The notes: a model not told the origin generated them from the sequence alone. Numbered from the stretch's first letter, positions 37,237 through 47,280 are shown. The stretch is DNA of 64,000 bases from an uncultured Nitrospiraceae bacterium (GCA_963727805.1 CAVSHF010000005.1:256001-320000); one strand, 5' to 3'. Numbers and translations are program-made.

Positions 37237-38601
37237 CTATAAAATCTTATATTTAGTTATCTTGTAGTGTATCGCTCGTGCGGAAATACCAAGCATTTTC
37301 GCCGCTTCTGTTTTATTGTTTTGCGTGTGTGCAAGCGCATTCTTGATATACTCCTTTTCTAGATTTTCCTTAGCCTCCAGAAAGGGTATCGTGGCGTCTG
37401 TCAAAAACCCATCGCCTCGCTCCCTCGTGAAATCCGACCCGAAAGAGAGCTCATCTTCACTGATCACATCCCTTGACGTTGTCGCTACAACTCTGTGGAT
37501 CGCCCATTTTAATTCTCTGATATTGCCGGGCCAATGATATGCAAGAATCATCTTCATAGCCGATGCCGTTACGCCTTTGATGTCTTTCTTGTAAGCCAGG
37601 TTGGCCTGATCTATAAATAGGGAGACCAAAAGTGGTATGTCCTCTTTTCTATGATAAAGCGGCGGCAGCTCGAATGACACGCCGTTGATCCTAAAGAAGA
37701 GGTCCTTTCTGAAGCGATTTATCGGATCGGCAAGATCAATGTGAGTTGCGGATATCAGACGGAATGTCACCTTGTGCTCCACTGCGTCGCCGACGCGATA
37801 GTACGACCTGTTTTCGAGTATGCGCAAAAACTTGGCCTGCACACCCTCAGGCAACTCCCCAATCTCGTCGAGGAATAGAGTGCCGCCATCAGCACGCTCT
37901 ATCAGCCCTTCCTTATGAGTCGTGGCACCTGAAAATGCTCCCCTCGTATGTCCGAACAGTTCACTCTCAATAATATCTTTCGACAGCGCGGAACAATTGA
38001 TCACAACCATATCCCCTTTAACTCCAGACAAGGAATGTATCCATTGGGCCAGCTTTTCCTTTCCTGTTCCTGTTTCACCTACAAGCAGTACCGGTATATC
38101 AAGCGGGGCGATAAGGGGGGCCTTATCGATAATAGGTTTCATTATTCCAGCGCCGGAGGTGATAAAGGGTGGGGATATTTTCTTGATAGCTTGGTCAAGA
38201 TCCATGATCCGTTGCTGGAGTATCCGATTTTCAAGATACACATGTAGCTCTCGCTTCAATTTTTCGATATCTATTGGCTTAGTGAAATAATCGACCGCCC
38301 CATGCTTCAACGCATCTATCGCATTGTTCACCGTAGCATAAGCAGTCATCACGAAGACAACCGGATCGGAAGCGATGGTTTTGATCTCCCGAAGGAACGC
38401 TATTCCATCGCCGTCAGGCAGTCGCACATCGATCAAAATAGCATCCGGTGACTGTCGGTTTAAATAATCTCTAGCTAAGGCAAGCGTATTAACAGTGGAA
38501 ATGTCGAATGCATCCTCAAGTGTCATCTTGAGAGACTCACTGAAATTCGGTTCGTCATCTATAATCAGAATATGAGGACTGCTATTATGGCTTGCTGTCA
38601 T
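37237..38601 (-). CDS. Sigma54-dependent response regulator (NtrC family)
   Basis: Receiver (IIDDE, DVRLPD), GETGTGKE, ESELFGH, GAFSGA, WPGNIREL, Fis HTH. Confidence 0.93.
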   Translation of the reverse strand: MTASHNSSPHILIIDDEPNFSESLKMTLEDAFDISTVNTLALARDYLNRQSPDAILIDVRLPDGDGIAFLREIKTIASDPVVFVMTAYATVNNAIDALKHGAVDYFTKPIDIEKLKRELHVYLENRILQQRIMDLDQAIKKISPPFITSGAGIMKPIIDKAPLIAPLDIPVLLVGETGTGKEKLAQWIHSLSGVKGDMVVINCSALSKDIIESELFGHTRGAFSGATTHKEGLIERADGGTLFLDEIGELPEGVQAKFLRILENRSYYRVGDAVEHKVTFRLISATHIDLADPINRFRKDLFFRINGVSFELPPLYHRKEDIPLLVSLFIDQANLAYKKDIKGVTASAMKMILAYHWPGNIRELKWAIHRVVATTSRDVISEDELSFGSDFTRERGDGFLTDATIPFLEAKENLEKEYIKNALAHTQNNKTEAAKMLGISARAIHYKITKYKIL

Positions 38602-39760
38602 AATTCTTAAATCTTGCAGATGGCATACATAGTTTTATTCTAGCGCCACACTCTTTTCTATAGAGAGACAGTTCCCCATTGTGGGCAATGAGTATCTTCC
38701 GCACGAGATAAAGACCAAGTCCCGCTCCTGTCGACCTTAGAGTAACAAACGGCTTGATCAATTCGTCAAGTTTAATATCCGCAGGGAAACCGAGTCCGTC
38801 ATCCTCAAAGTGAATCTCCGCAACCTCCTTCATCGCGTTTGCCTTAATCCCAATCTTCTTGGCCTGGGCCTGAATACTATTGCGTATAAGATTCTCAAAA
38901 AGCAAACCGAGATAGAAACGGTCTCCATAGATTTCTCCAGAGGTACAGTCCAGATGCACACCTGCTTTTTGTGCTAATCCCCCCACAAAATCAACCAGCG
39001 GAATCCATTCCGCATTGGTCAACCTGATATCTCTTCCATAGAATAAAAGGTTGTCGATAAGCTGCTGCGTCCGACCTAATTCCTCTTTGGCAAGCACCAC
39101 AAATCGATTTGCAAAATTGGGATCGGCAGCTCTGGAAGGGAGCGCATAGACGAGGTTCGACAGCGTCGCAAGCGGAGTCTTCAATTCGTGGGCAAGCGTC
39201 GCGGTCATCCTGCCGAGCAATGCTAGGGCGTGTTGTTCCTCCAGTTCCCTGTTCAAGGCGGCTTTCTCTGATTGATGCTTCAACTGAACCTGCCGTCTCT
39301 GCTCCAAAAAAACTACCAGCAGGGTAAACATAACAAGGGTCGCAAAAACCCCCTCGACGAGCAGAGGCTTATCGAGTTCGAACATTTCTTTTTGCAAGTA
39401 CGACCTTTTTACGTACATGTCTAGGCGCTTACCATATTCAACAAAAGCAAAAAGGAAAAGTGCGTCATTTTCCGCTGGGACCTTATCTCCTTGCTCCGGA
39501 TCAACCCCCACAGCCTTATCCTTCATGACACTATTGAGGTATTCCTTTAAAAAATGCACCACCTCATCAGGTGTTTCATTCTCATCTGAGTCCTCGAACG
39601 CTTTTACGGCATTTTTGATCTGTCTTTCTGTATCCCTTTTCACGTTTCGTTCGATTACGTTATTTCCGAAACTTCCGACAATCACTGTTATTATTATGCC
39701 GAACAACAGAGATACGATGAGGTACCCTATCAACCTTATTGTCTGTAATGACGTTGTCAT
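38585..39760 (-). CDS. Sensor histidine kinase (two TMs, periplasmic sensor)
   Basis: HELKTPL, NLIRNS, DDGLGF, GAGLGL; likely start MTTSL. Confidence 0.9.
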   Translation of the reverse strand: MTTSLQTIRLIGYLIVSLLFGIIITVIVGSFGNNVIERNVKRDTERQIKNAVKAFEDSDENETPDEVVHFLKEYLNSVMKDKAVGVDPEQGDKVPAENDALFLFAFVEYGKRLDMYVKRSYLQKEMFELDKPLLVEGVFATLVMFTLLVVFLEQRRQVQLKHQSEKAALNRELEEQHALALLGRMTATLAHELKTPLATLSNLVYALPSRAADPNFANRFVVLAKEELGRTQQLIDNLLFYGRDIRLTNAEWIPLVDFVGGLAQKAGVHLDCTSGEIYGDRFYLGLLFENLIRNSIQAQAKKIGIKANAMKEVAEIHFEDDGLGFPADIKLDELIKPFVTLRSTGAGLGLYLVRKILIAHNGELSLYRKECGARIKLCMPSARFKNYDSKP

Positions 39761-39770
39761 AAACCTAATA

Positions 39771-40133
39771 TCAGTAGAATCCTTTTTTCCCGAAACCCAA
39801 GAGGAATACGCCTGCCGAAATGAGCACCGTGCCAATTATAATATTCCTCGTGATGATCTCCCCAATATAAAAATGCGAAGCAAAAGCAACAGTGATATAT
39901 AGCACTGAAGCTGTCGAAAGTGCAATAAACAGCCGTGTGGTTTTCAATATCTGCATCCAGGAAATAAACGATACGATATAGAGGCCATATCCGCCAACTA
40001 TAAATAAATTAAGAACATCCCCCGTCGCTTTTCCGTTCATGGCACCCTTTTTTAACAGCAGTTGTGCTGCTGTATCCGATGTTAGAAGGGCAAACCAGAG
40101 CAAAAGGATTATAAATGACTTATTTAAACGCAT
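39771..40133 (-). CDS. Small 4-TM EamA/SMR (ArnE/ArnF-like) transporter subunit
   Basis: 120 aa hydrophobic; QLLLKKG, IGE.I....IIG..LI..GV. Confidence 0.8.
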   Translation of the reverse strand: MRLNKSFIILLLWFALLTSDTAAQLLLKKGAMNGKATGDVLNLFIVGGYGLYIVSFISWMQILKTTRLFIALSTASVLYITVAFASHFYIGEIITRNIIIGTVLISAGVFLLGFGKKGFY

Positions 40134-40242
40134 ATCGCACGCTTCGCCGTTTTGATTTGAGCCGCTCCGCCATTGTTGTTTCCACTGAAGTATATTGTTT
40201 ATTATACCTTATCAGACACGCTTATAAGGAACCCTTACAGCT

Positions 40243-41124
40243 ATGACACCTTCGACAGAAACTCTTGTTCTTGATTTCGATCGTTCCGTCAAACTTCCCG
40301 GCAATACCTGCCATAAACTTGACCTGCATCGTTATGAAGAAAAAATCCGTTACTGTACCTCGATGCATATGATGCATGAGCTTGAATGCGAGATTATTGA
40401 TGAAATAAGACGGCATCGAATTTTCCTCCTCGGCAACGGCGATTTTCATCACATCAGCTACCTCTTGATAAAAAACATGCCACATCAGAACCTGCATGTA
40501 GCCGTGTTTGACAATCATCCAGACAATATGTTCTTTCCATCTGGGATCCATTGTGGTTCGTGGGTTTATCATGCAAGCAAGCTCCCTCATGTAGCTGAGA
40601 TCTCGGTATTTGGCATCGCTTCTGGAGATATGAAAGGCCTCAATATTGTTCAACATAGGCTTTCGGCAATCAGGTCCGGCAAAGTCAAATATTACTGTGT
40701 TTCTCCGGTCGGCCGTATCATGAAACTGGCCGGCAGTCCTCATATAAAAGAAATCGGTACAGATTATCGAAGCATTTTGCAGGAGGTGGAGAAGCGACTC
40801 CTTCCTCTAAATATCCCGATTTATCTCTCCATAGACAAAGACGTCTTAGCCTCCGATTACATACTTACAACCTGGGACCAGGGAAGATTGTCAGAAGACG
40901 ATCTGATGAAATGCGTTGAGATGCTTTCCCCCAGAGTAGTGGCCGCAGATATTACGGGCGACATATCTTCCTATACTTTTCAAAGCCTGCTGAAAAAAAT
41001 ATTGCGTTGGGTTGATGGCGCAGCCCGAACCCCTGCCTTTACAAGGGAAGACTTGCAGAAACATCAAGCCTTAAACCTCAAAATACTTTCTTTTTTGACT
41101 CAAAAAAAAGAATTCTTAACCTAA
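40243..41124 (+). CDS. Arginase/ureohydrolase-fold protein
   Basis: GNGDFHH, DNHPD, YLSIDKD, TWDQG. Confidence 0.8.
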   Translation: MTPSTETLVLDFDRSVKLPGNTCHKLDLHRYEEKIRYCTSMHMMHELECEIIDEIRRHRIFLLGNGDFHHISYLLIKNMPHQNLHVAVFDNHPDNMFFPSGIHCGSWVYHASKLPHVAEISVFGIASGDMKGLNIVQHRLSAIRSGKVKYYCVSPVGRIMKLAGSPHIKEIGTDYRSILQEVEKRLLPLNIPIYLSIDKDVLASDYILTTWDQGRLSEDDLMKCVEMLSPRVVAADITGDISSYTFQSLLKKILRWVDGAARTPAFTREDLQKHQALNLKILSFLTQKKEFLT

Positions 41125-42224
41125 AGATGCTTGCCTGATTCTATCCTCTCTAAGACCCTTTTATCGGCTTCAAAAAACCCGCTTGCTCTCTTGAGGCAGA
41201 ATCTTTGAATCGGGTTTTTTACATATACTGCATGGTTCGTACTGGTAAATTCCGCCCCAAGATATGTCTTGATCTCAGGATCCGTCCATCCTGCTATAAA
41301 CATTTGCATATTATTCTTAATACTGAAATCAAGATTATGGAACCAACTTAAGAAATAGAGATTATGCTTTCTGGCGTCTGGATAACGGAATCCTATATAT
41401 TTATCGACAAGAAAACTTCTGAAAATGAAACAAAGATTGAAGGCGATGATGCCTTCCTGGTTTCGGTAAAGAAACACAATACCGTCACTACGGTCGTCCT
41501 TTAAAACCTTCCGGAAAAATGAAAGTGTAAGCTTGTCGAAATGGACAGAGCTGTTATTGTAGGTGTTAAGATAAAGCTCATAAAGCAATTCGACGTTCTC
41601 ATCAGCGAAGAAATCATCTCCTGTCCGCAACTCCTCGACTGATATTTCGGAAAATGACCGGAGTTTCCTCTTGAGATCCTTTCTTCGCGACTTCGAGAAC
41701 TTTTGGAGATATTCTTCCCTTGAAGCAAAGGTAATCGGCACATATGCTAGCGCCTGACCGGATACGAGGATGAACCCACTCTCCTCCAAGGAGGACATCA
41801 AGGATTTCGACAATTCGTTTTCATCACTTGCTAGAAGTGGGGAATTATAAGGCATATCTTTGACAATAATAAAACTGCTCTGTTCATCATTCATTTTTGA
41901 TACAAGTAGTCCCTTAAGGGCGCACATTTGAATCTCTTTGGGAAGCAGCACATATTCCGAAACCGTAGTTCCCACGAACAGTGTCCTGGGTCTAAGGTTT
42001 ATCTTGTTAAAAAATGGCACTATCTTGTTTAAAATGTGCACCGCCTTTTTTGCAATTGCAGGGGCGGTCGTGAGCAGGTCGAATTCCGTCACAAAAGCAG
42101 GAAGTTCCTCTCCACAAACCGCGATTTTAAGAGGATAAAACCCTTCGGGCGGTTCTGAATCAAAGGCCTGGATTAGAATTTCAGGCTCAAGCTGGTTAAA
42201 ATATTCTTTCATCTCGCCATTCAT
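41121..42224 (-). CDS. GNAT family (FemAB/Acetyltransf_6-like) protein
   Basis: F.S.EEYL...SKSRRKDLKRK, AFNLCF, DKYIG, GWTD.EIK..LGA. Confidence 0.75.
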   Translation of the reverse strand: MNGEMKEYFNQLEPEILIQAFDSEPPEGFYPLKIAVCGEELPAFVTEFDLLTTAPAIAKKAVHILNKIVPFFNKINLRPRTLFVGTTVSEYVLLPKEIQMCALKGLLVSKMNDEQSSFIIVKDMPYNSPLLASDENELSKSLMSSLEESGFILVSGQALAYVPITFASREEYLQKFSKSRRKDLKRKLRSFSEISVEELRTGDDFFADENVELLYELYLNTYNNSSVHFDKLTLSFFRKVLKDDRSDGIVFLYRNQEGIIAFNLCFIFRSFLVDKYIGFRYPDARKHNLYFLSWFHNLDFSIKNNMQMFIAGWTDPEIKTYLGAEFTSTNHAVYVKNPIQRFCLKRASGFFEADKRVLERIESGKHL

Positions 42225-42230
42225 ATGGAG

Positions 42231-43451
42231 TCACAGGCCCTTCAAAAGCTTCACTACTGATCGCGCATCTGCCTCTTCAAGAAAAGTGCTTGTTGAGAGC
42301 GTTACAGTCCTCTCCGAAATATACCGGGCATTGGCACAATGCCGGTTGGATACAATGTCTTTTAAATAGCCGTAATCCGCGATCGCCAGGGCATACACGA
42401 ATGATCCCCCATGCCCAGATTCTTCGAGAGCTCTGAGAGCCCTTGCCCTCTTCCCAGGATCATCGAAGATTAAGGTCACGAACGGATACGTTGCGATACT
42501 ATCCTGTGGCTCAGAGATCAATTTAATCCCTTTGATACCTTCAAGGCACTTAATGTAAAATAACGCCTTTCGCCTCTGCTTTCTTGCTTCCTCATCTAGG
42601 CGGGAAAATTGACTGTGTCCGATCAACTGTCTTACTGTCGATACTGTATGGAGCGGAAAATTGAGATCAAAATCTTCCATGGCCGCCTTTATCGTATCCC
42701 CCCTCCAGATCCAATAAAGCTGTGGAAGTCTGAATACAAACCAGAACAGCAGAGGCCGGTAGAAGACAGCATACCCGAACAACTTTAGGATCATCGCCAT
42801 TTCGGAAAAGAGATCCTTTTGAACTACTCTCTGTATAGTTCTATCGAGCAGTTCGGCATATTCTTTATTGCCTGTAGCGGCTATTCCGCCTTCATACGTG
42901 GTTAACCCTTTGCCGCGGCAAAGGCTGAAGAAGGAGAAATCCCCGCGTGTTCCGACCTTCTCTCCTTTATAAGACGCCCCTAGAGATTGGGCGCAATCCT
43001 CTATGGTAAAAACAGCATACTTTTTTGCAATATTCTCTACCGCATCAAACTCGACAGGTATGCCAGCAAGATGAACAGCCACGATAGCAAGGACATCTGT
43101 ATTCGCTCTGCACAAGGCTGCAAGCATTTCTGCATCGAAACTGAAATCATCCTTATTGATATCGCAAACCTCTACATTAAGGCCGGCCTTCTTTATAGCG
43201 AGGGGGATGAGAGGACAGACAAAAGAAGGAATAATCACCGTTTTCTTCTTAGATAATTCTTTCAGGCTTTCGAGGATCAAGAAGAAGGCAGCGGTTCCGG
43301 AATAGGTCACCCTTGCAGATGCAAGATTCAGATAATGACTGAAATCATCCTCAAGACAATTTCTCCGCTCTTTAAGCGTAAAGACAGATAGAAAGTCTTT
43401 CGCATAAAGGGGGAATCCGGCAGTAGGCGGGATCTCTCTAAAAATGGCCAA
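42231..43451 (-). CDS. DegT/DnrJ/EryC1/StrS-like PLP-dependent enzyme
   Basis: SGTAA, VHLAG, IEDCAQSLGA, FSL.RGKG.TTYEGG (PLP Lys). Confidence 0.85.
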   Translation of the reverse strand: MAIFREIPPTAGFPLYAKDFLSVFTLKERRNCLEDDFSHYLNLASARVTYSGTAAFFLILESLKELSKKKTVIIPSFVCPLIPLAIKKAGLNVEVCDINKDDFSFDAEMLAALCRANTDVLAIVAVHLAGIPVEFDAVENIAKKYAVFTIEDCAQSLGASYKGEKVGTRGDFSFFSLCRGKGLTTYEGGIAATGNKEYAELLDRTIQRVVQKDLFSEMAMILKLFGYAVFYRPLLFWFVFRLPQLYWIWRGDTIKAAMEDFDLNFPLHTVSTVRQLIGHSQFSRLDEEARKQRRKALFYIKCLEGIKGIKLISEPQDSIATYPFVTLIFDDPGKRARALRALEESGHGGSFVYALAIADYGYLKDIVSNRHCANARYISERTVTLSTSTFLEEADARSVVKLLKGL

Positions 43452-44253
43452 GGGAGTGAATATTTTCCTTGAAAAACTTGATTGTTTCTTCTGCTACCCG
43501 ATCCTTTTGGTTGTCCAGAGGCAACATGTGATAGGTATCATCCAGGAGAACCTTTCGAACCAGGTGCGTACCGATATTCTTCTCGATATAATTCGCGTTT
43601 TTTATGCTCGCGACATCATCCTCGAGTGCATGAAGGATCAGTGTCGGCACATTCACCTTGTGAAGGTTCTTCTTCACTATCTTTATCAGCTTGAAGAGTT
43701 CATGCATGCTTTGAGACGGGAAACTGGCATACGCAACCGAATTCTCCTTATCCTTAAGGGCTATCTCGACCTGCCTCCTCATGCGTTCGTTCTTTACGCC
43801 GTAGGGTGGACGTTCTTCATAAGAAGCAAAATATTTCAGGGGTGGCAGATAGAATACCGGCAGAATGAACTTATACCAGGGTAAGCTCCAACCATCGTAA
43901 AAGAGAGTCGTCGACAGGGTCGCAATGGAGGAAACCTCGTCTCCCTCTTCATAGGCTAGATGAAGGGCCAGGAGTGCACCCATACATAAGCCGGACACAG
44001 AAACAGTTTTATAGCACTTCTTCATTTCTTTAAATGTGTCACGGACTGTACCGTACCAATCATGCCAGGTTGTCGCCGTAAGCTGCTCCAATGTTTGGCC
44101 GTGACCGGCGAGGCCGGGTCCTTTTACCGTAAAACCGCTGTTGTGCAGTTTTTTTGCAAGCGGTTTCAATTCAAAGGGGCTGCCAGTAAGGCCATGAATT
44201 AAGAGGACCGCATGTTCACCGCCCACCAGGTCTATTTTATAGTTATTGATCAT
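43438..44253 (-). CDS. Alpha/beta hydrolase (carboxylesterase-like) with a Cys nucleophile
   Basis: LIHGLTGSP, LAGHG, GLCMG, EDD, YHM; likely start MINNY overlapping the upstream stop. Confidence 0.85.
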   Translation of the reverse strand: MINNYKIDLVGGEHAVLLIHGLTGSPFELKPLAKKLHNSGFTVKGPGLAGHGQTLEQLTATTWHDWYGTVRDTFKEMKKCYKTVSVSGLCMGALLALHLAYEEGDEVSSIATLSTTLFYDGWSLPWYKFILPVFYLPPLKYFASYEERPPYGVKNERMRRQVEIALKDKENSVAYASFPSQSMHELFKLIKIVKKNLHKVNVPTLILHALEDDVASIKNANYIEKNIGTHLVRKVLLDDTYHMLPLDNQKDRVAEETIKFFKENIHSLGHF

Positions 44254-44609
44254 GGCTGGACGATAAATACTATACCCAGCGCTATAAAAAAAGCTCCGGC
44301 CCATTCGATTTTGCTTACACTTTCCTTAAGGACAAAGGCTGCAAACACTATCATTATTACTTCCTGAATCCCGGTAAGTGGAAAGGCTATAGCCAAGGGA
44401 ATATACATGAGAAGCACTATCCAGAGGACCATTTCAACCAAGTAAATAAGGACACCGATAATAACCCATTTATTCCGAACAACGTTCAGAAAATACCTGA
44501 CCCCGCGCACATCCTGGTGTTTCTGTGCGCCTTTTTTTAAACATAATTGCGTTGCCCCCTGAAGAACAGCTCCCATCATGAATAACGGCAGCCATTTAAG
44601 TATTGCCAT
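44250..44609 (-). CDS. Small 4-TM EamA/SMR (ArnE/ArnF-like) transporter subunit
   Basis: 119 aa; QLCLKKG, PLAIAFP, LKESVS...W.G. Confidence 0.8.
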   Translation of the reverse strand: MAILKWLPLFMMGAVLQGATQLCLKKGAQKHQDVRGVRYFLNVVRNKWVIIGVLIYLVEMVLWIVLLMYIPLAIAFPLTGIQEVIMIVFAAFVLKESVSKIEWAGAFFIALGIVFIVQP

Positions 44610-44630
44610 GATCTGACTCGCTCGGCATCG

Positions 44631-46013
44631 TTATGCCCCACATCTCTTTAACAAGAGCTCAAAGAGCCTAACGAAAAGGTCCATCTCATCGAATGAAATA
44701 GTTAACGCAGGTGCAAGTGTGAACGCATTCTTATAATATCCCCCTACATCGAGCACCAATCCATAATGCTCTCCATCGACCTCAAGATTTCCTTTCAGCC
44801 CCTCCTGAAATATCGCGTCTGTAAGATCCCTGTTTGGCGTGTATCCGTCAGATTTTGTCAGTTCTATTCTCACGGCAAGTCCGAGGCCGTCAACATCGCC
44901 CATGACAGGATAATGCTTCTTCAGCTTTCTTAATGCATCAAGCAAATACGCACCTTTTTCGTTAACTGCGCTCTCAAAGTCATATTTTTTGAGAAGCTCC
45001 ATCGTTGCTAGTCCGGCGGCAGTCCCCAAGGGATTGCTCGAGAAGGTGGAATGAGTACAGCCGGGCGGAAATATCTTCGGATTGATAAGCTCTTCCCGCG
45101 CCCAAAGGCCCGATAAGGGATTCATGCCGTTGGTTAGAGATTTTGCAAAGGCTACCACGTCGGGCCTAACTCCGAAGTGTTCCATTGCCCAGAGCTTTCC
45201 AGTCCGGTAAAATCCCATCTGGATTTCGTCATCCACCAATAGGATATTATGTTCCTTCAGAATCGCTGCAAGCCTCCCGAAATATTCAGGAGGAGGAATA
45301 ATATATCCTCCGGTGGCCTGTATGGGCTCGACAAAAAAAGCTGCGTATTCGACATCCTTATCCTTAGCATCGATGACGCCGTAATATTCGGTCTCGAAGA
45401 GCTTCTCGAACTGCTTTACACACTCGTAACCGCATGAAGCACGATCTTTTTCGTAAAAGCATCTGAAGCAGTAAGGGAATGGGACAAACGTAGCCCTGTT
45501 GCCAAAGTGGCCATATCTCTTGCGGTATCTGAAACTGCTCGTAATCTCTGTCGCCGCCAGCGTTCGGCCATGGTACCCTCCCATGAAGGAGAACATGAGA
45601 GACTTGCCCTTTTTATAATTGCGCACCAGTTTAATACTGTCCTCGATCGCCTGAGCTCCGCCGACATTGAAATGTATCCTTCCTTTTTCACCAAACCTTT
45701 TTTCAGTCTCTTGAGCGATAGCAGAGGCTAGGAGGATTTTCTCTTTGTGTAGATACTGGGATGCCACCTGAGGGAGGGTCGCCATCTGTCGGTTATGGGC
45801 CTCTTCGATATCCTTGTTCCTGTATCCAAAATTTACGGCGGAATACCACATCTGCATATCCAAGTAAGGCTTACCGTGAGTGTCGAAGAGCCACGACCCT
45901 TCACACCGTTCAAAAATGACTGGCTTATCGGAATAATGGACCGTATCGCCATAGGAACAATACTTAGCTTCCAATTCCAATAGTTCCTGGTCCGTTAACG
46001 TGCAAGATTGCAT
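44631..46013 (-). CDS. Class III PLP aminotransferase
   Basis: G..YLD, GYHGRT, EPIQ.TGGY, DEIQMGF.RTG, FAKSL. Confidence 0.92.
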   Translation of the reverse strand: MQSCTLTDQELLELEAKYCSYGDTVHYSDKPVIFERCEGSWLFDTHGKPYLDMQMWYSAVNFGYRNKDIEEAHNRQMATLPQVASQYLHKEKILLASAIAQETEKRFGEKGRIHFNVGGAQAIEDSIKLVRNYKKGKSLMFSFMGGYHGRTLAATEITSSFRYRKRYGHFGNRATFVPFPYCFRCFYEKDRASCGYECVKQFEKLFETEYYGVIDAKDKDVEYAAFFVEPIQATGGYIIPPPEYFGRLAAILKEHNILLVDDEIQMGFYRTGKLWAMEHFGVRPDVVAFAKSLTNGMNPLSGLWAREELINPKIFPPGCTHSTFSSNPLGTAAGLATMELLKKYDFESAVNEKGAYLLDALRKLKKHYPVMGDVDGLGLAVRIELTKSDGYTPNRDLTDAIFQEGLKGNLEVDGEHYGLVLDVGGYYKNAFTLAPALTISFDEMDLFVRLFELLLKRCGA

Positions 46014-46714
46014 ATTTGCTGTCCTTCCTCGACATGATTAGCAAGATTTAAGCTGCCGGAAGCCGGCACGACCTCTATCCCTTCTTTAATCCATTTCACA
46101 ATATCAGAAAAATCCTCAAAGGGCCGGAAACGCAGGCCAGCTTCCGCGCAGAAATGACCTAGTTTCCCCTTTGAAAAGATAAAAGCAGCTTTTTGAGCAA
46201 GACAAAAATCACTCCTGCCGTCACCGATCAGAATGACCGATCGGTCGCCGCTCAGATTCTTTGTCGCCAAGCATTTGCAGGTACCCGATGAGCATTGCCT
46301 GTTCGCGTAAGGGAAGACGGTTTTCAGTCCAATCCGCTTCTTTATCAACCCGTTTGCATAGATCCTAGGCATCTTCATAAAGCCGGCGTTTCCGAGGAGC
46401 CTCTCAATAAACACGTTGAATCCGTCACTGACTATAGCAAACGGTACCCCCATCTCATTTAATAGATGGGTGAAACCGAGAAAATTAGGATCTACTTCGA
46501 ATCGATCAATGAAAGCAAGAACATCCGCCACAGATTCATTGATGAGGGACATCTGGATTTCCAGACATTCGCGGGAGCCCATCTGTCCCGCTTCCCACAA
46601 CCTCTCAGGGATTTCCCATCCGGTTTTGGCGAACTGCTGTATGACGGCATCCGTAATATCCTGATCGACAATCGTTCCATCAAAGTCGATCGCCACAAAG
46701 AAATCCGATGTCAT
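45995..46714 (-). CDS. MtnX-like HAD-IB phosphatase
   Basis: DFDGT, VSDG, CKC, GDGRSD.C.A. Confidence 0.88.
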   Translation of the reverse strand: MTSDFFVAIDFDGTIVDQDITDAVIQQFAKTGWEIPERLWEAGQMGSRECLEIQMSLINESVADVLAFIDRFEVDPNFLGFTHLLNEMGVPFAIVSDGFNVFIERLLGNAGFMKMPRIYANGLIKKRIGLKTVFPYANRQCSSGTCKCLATKNLSGDRSVILIGDGRSDFCLAQKAAFIFSKGKLGHFCAEAGLRFRPFEDFSDIVKWIKEGIEVVPASGSLNLANHVEEGQQICNLAR

Positions 46715-46965
46715 GAGACGTCCTGGTGGTCCTTTTTCATCTCCTGTTTCAGATCTGTTGCAGGGTTAACTTTCGTTTGTTCTTTATCACTATCATGATC
46801 ATTATCAACTGCTGTCTTGTTCATGTCCGACATCGCCTTTTTGAATTCGCGAATACTCTTACCGATACCGGCCCCAAGTTCCGGAAGCTTTTTCGGCCCC
46901 ACAACAAGCAATGCAATGGCTAATATAACCACCAAATGCATGGGTTGAAATAAACCTTCTAGCAT
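46711..46965 (-). CDS. tatA: Twin-arginine translocase TatA/TatE subunit
   Basis: TM + GPKKLPELG.G.GKSIREFKKA. Confidence 0.9.
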   Translation of the reverse strand: MLEGLFQPMHLVVILAIALLVVGPKKLPELGAGIGKSIREFKKAMSDMNKTAVDNDHDSDKEQTKVNPATDLKQEMKKDHQDVS

Positions 46966-47007
46966 AGCATTTATACCCCCTCTTCATTAACAAACGTCAT
47001 ATGACAC

Positions 47008-47024
47008 AACAACTTTCATGCCTA
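47008..47024 (-). promoter_or_regulatory. Candidate sigma54 promoter of the tatA-led operon
   Basis: TAGGCATGAAAGTTGTT: GG-N10-GT, a near match to TGGCAC-N5-TTGC. Confidence 0.45.
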
Positions 47025-47280
47025 CATAATTTACTTTGTTTATCAACCTGACAATCATGGATGCAGATGCAACTGCGCAATTTTAGTATACACTTTTTGC
47101 AAGAACCGTCTCAAATACTGAAATTGAGATCCTCAATTCAATAGGAATCAAGGCAGATTTCTCAGCAATTAATGAGTGCAGATTATGACGTCGTGAGAAT
47201 GCTACAGTCTAAGCCATGCACGCATCCTGATTATTATGAGTAGGGTAGTCTTGGGTAGGCACGAAAGACCTCATCTGTAT

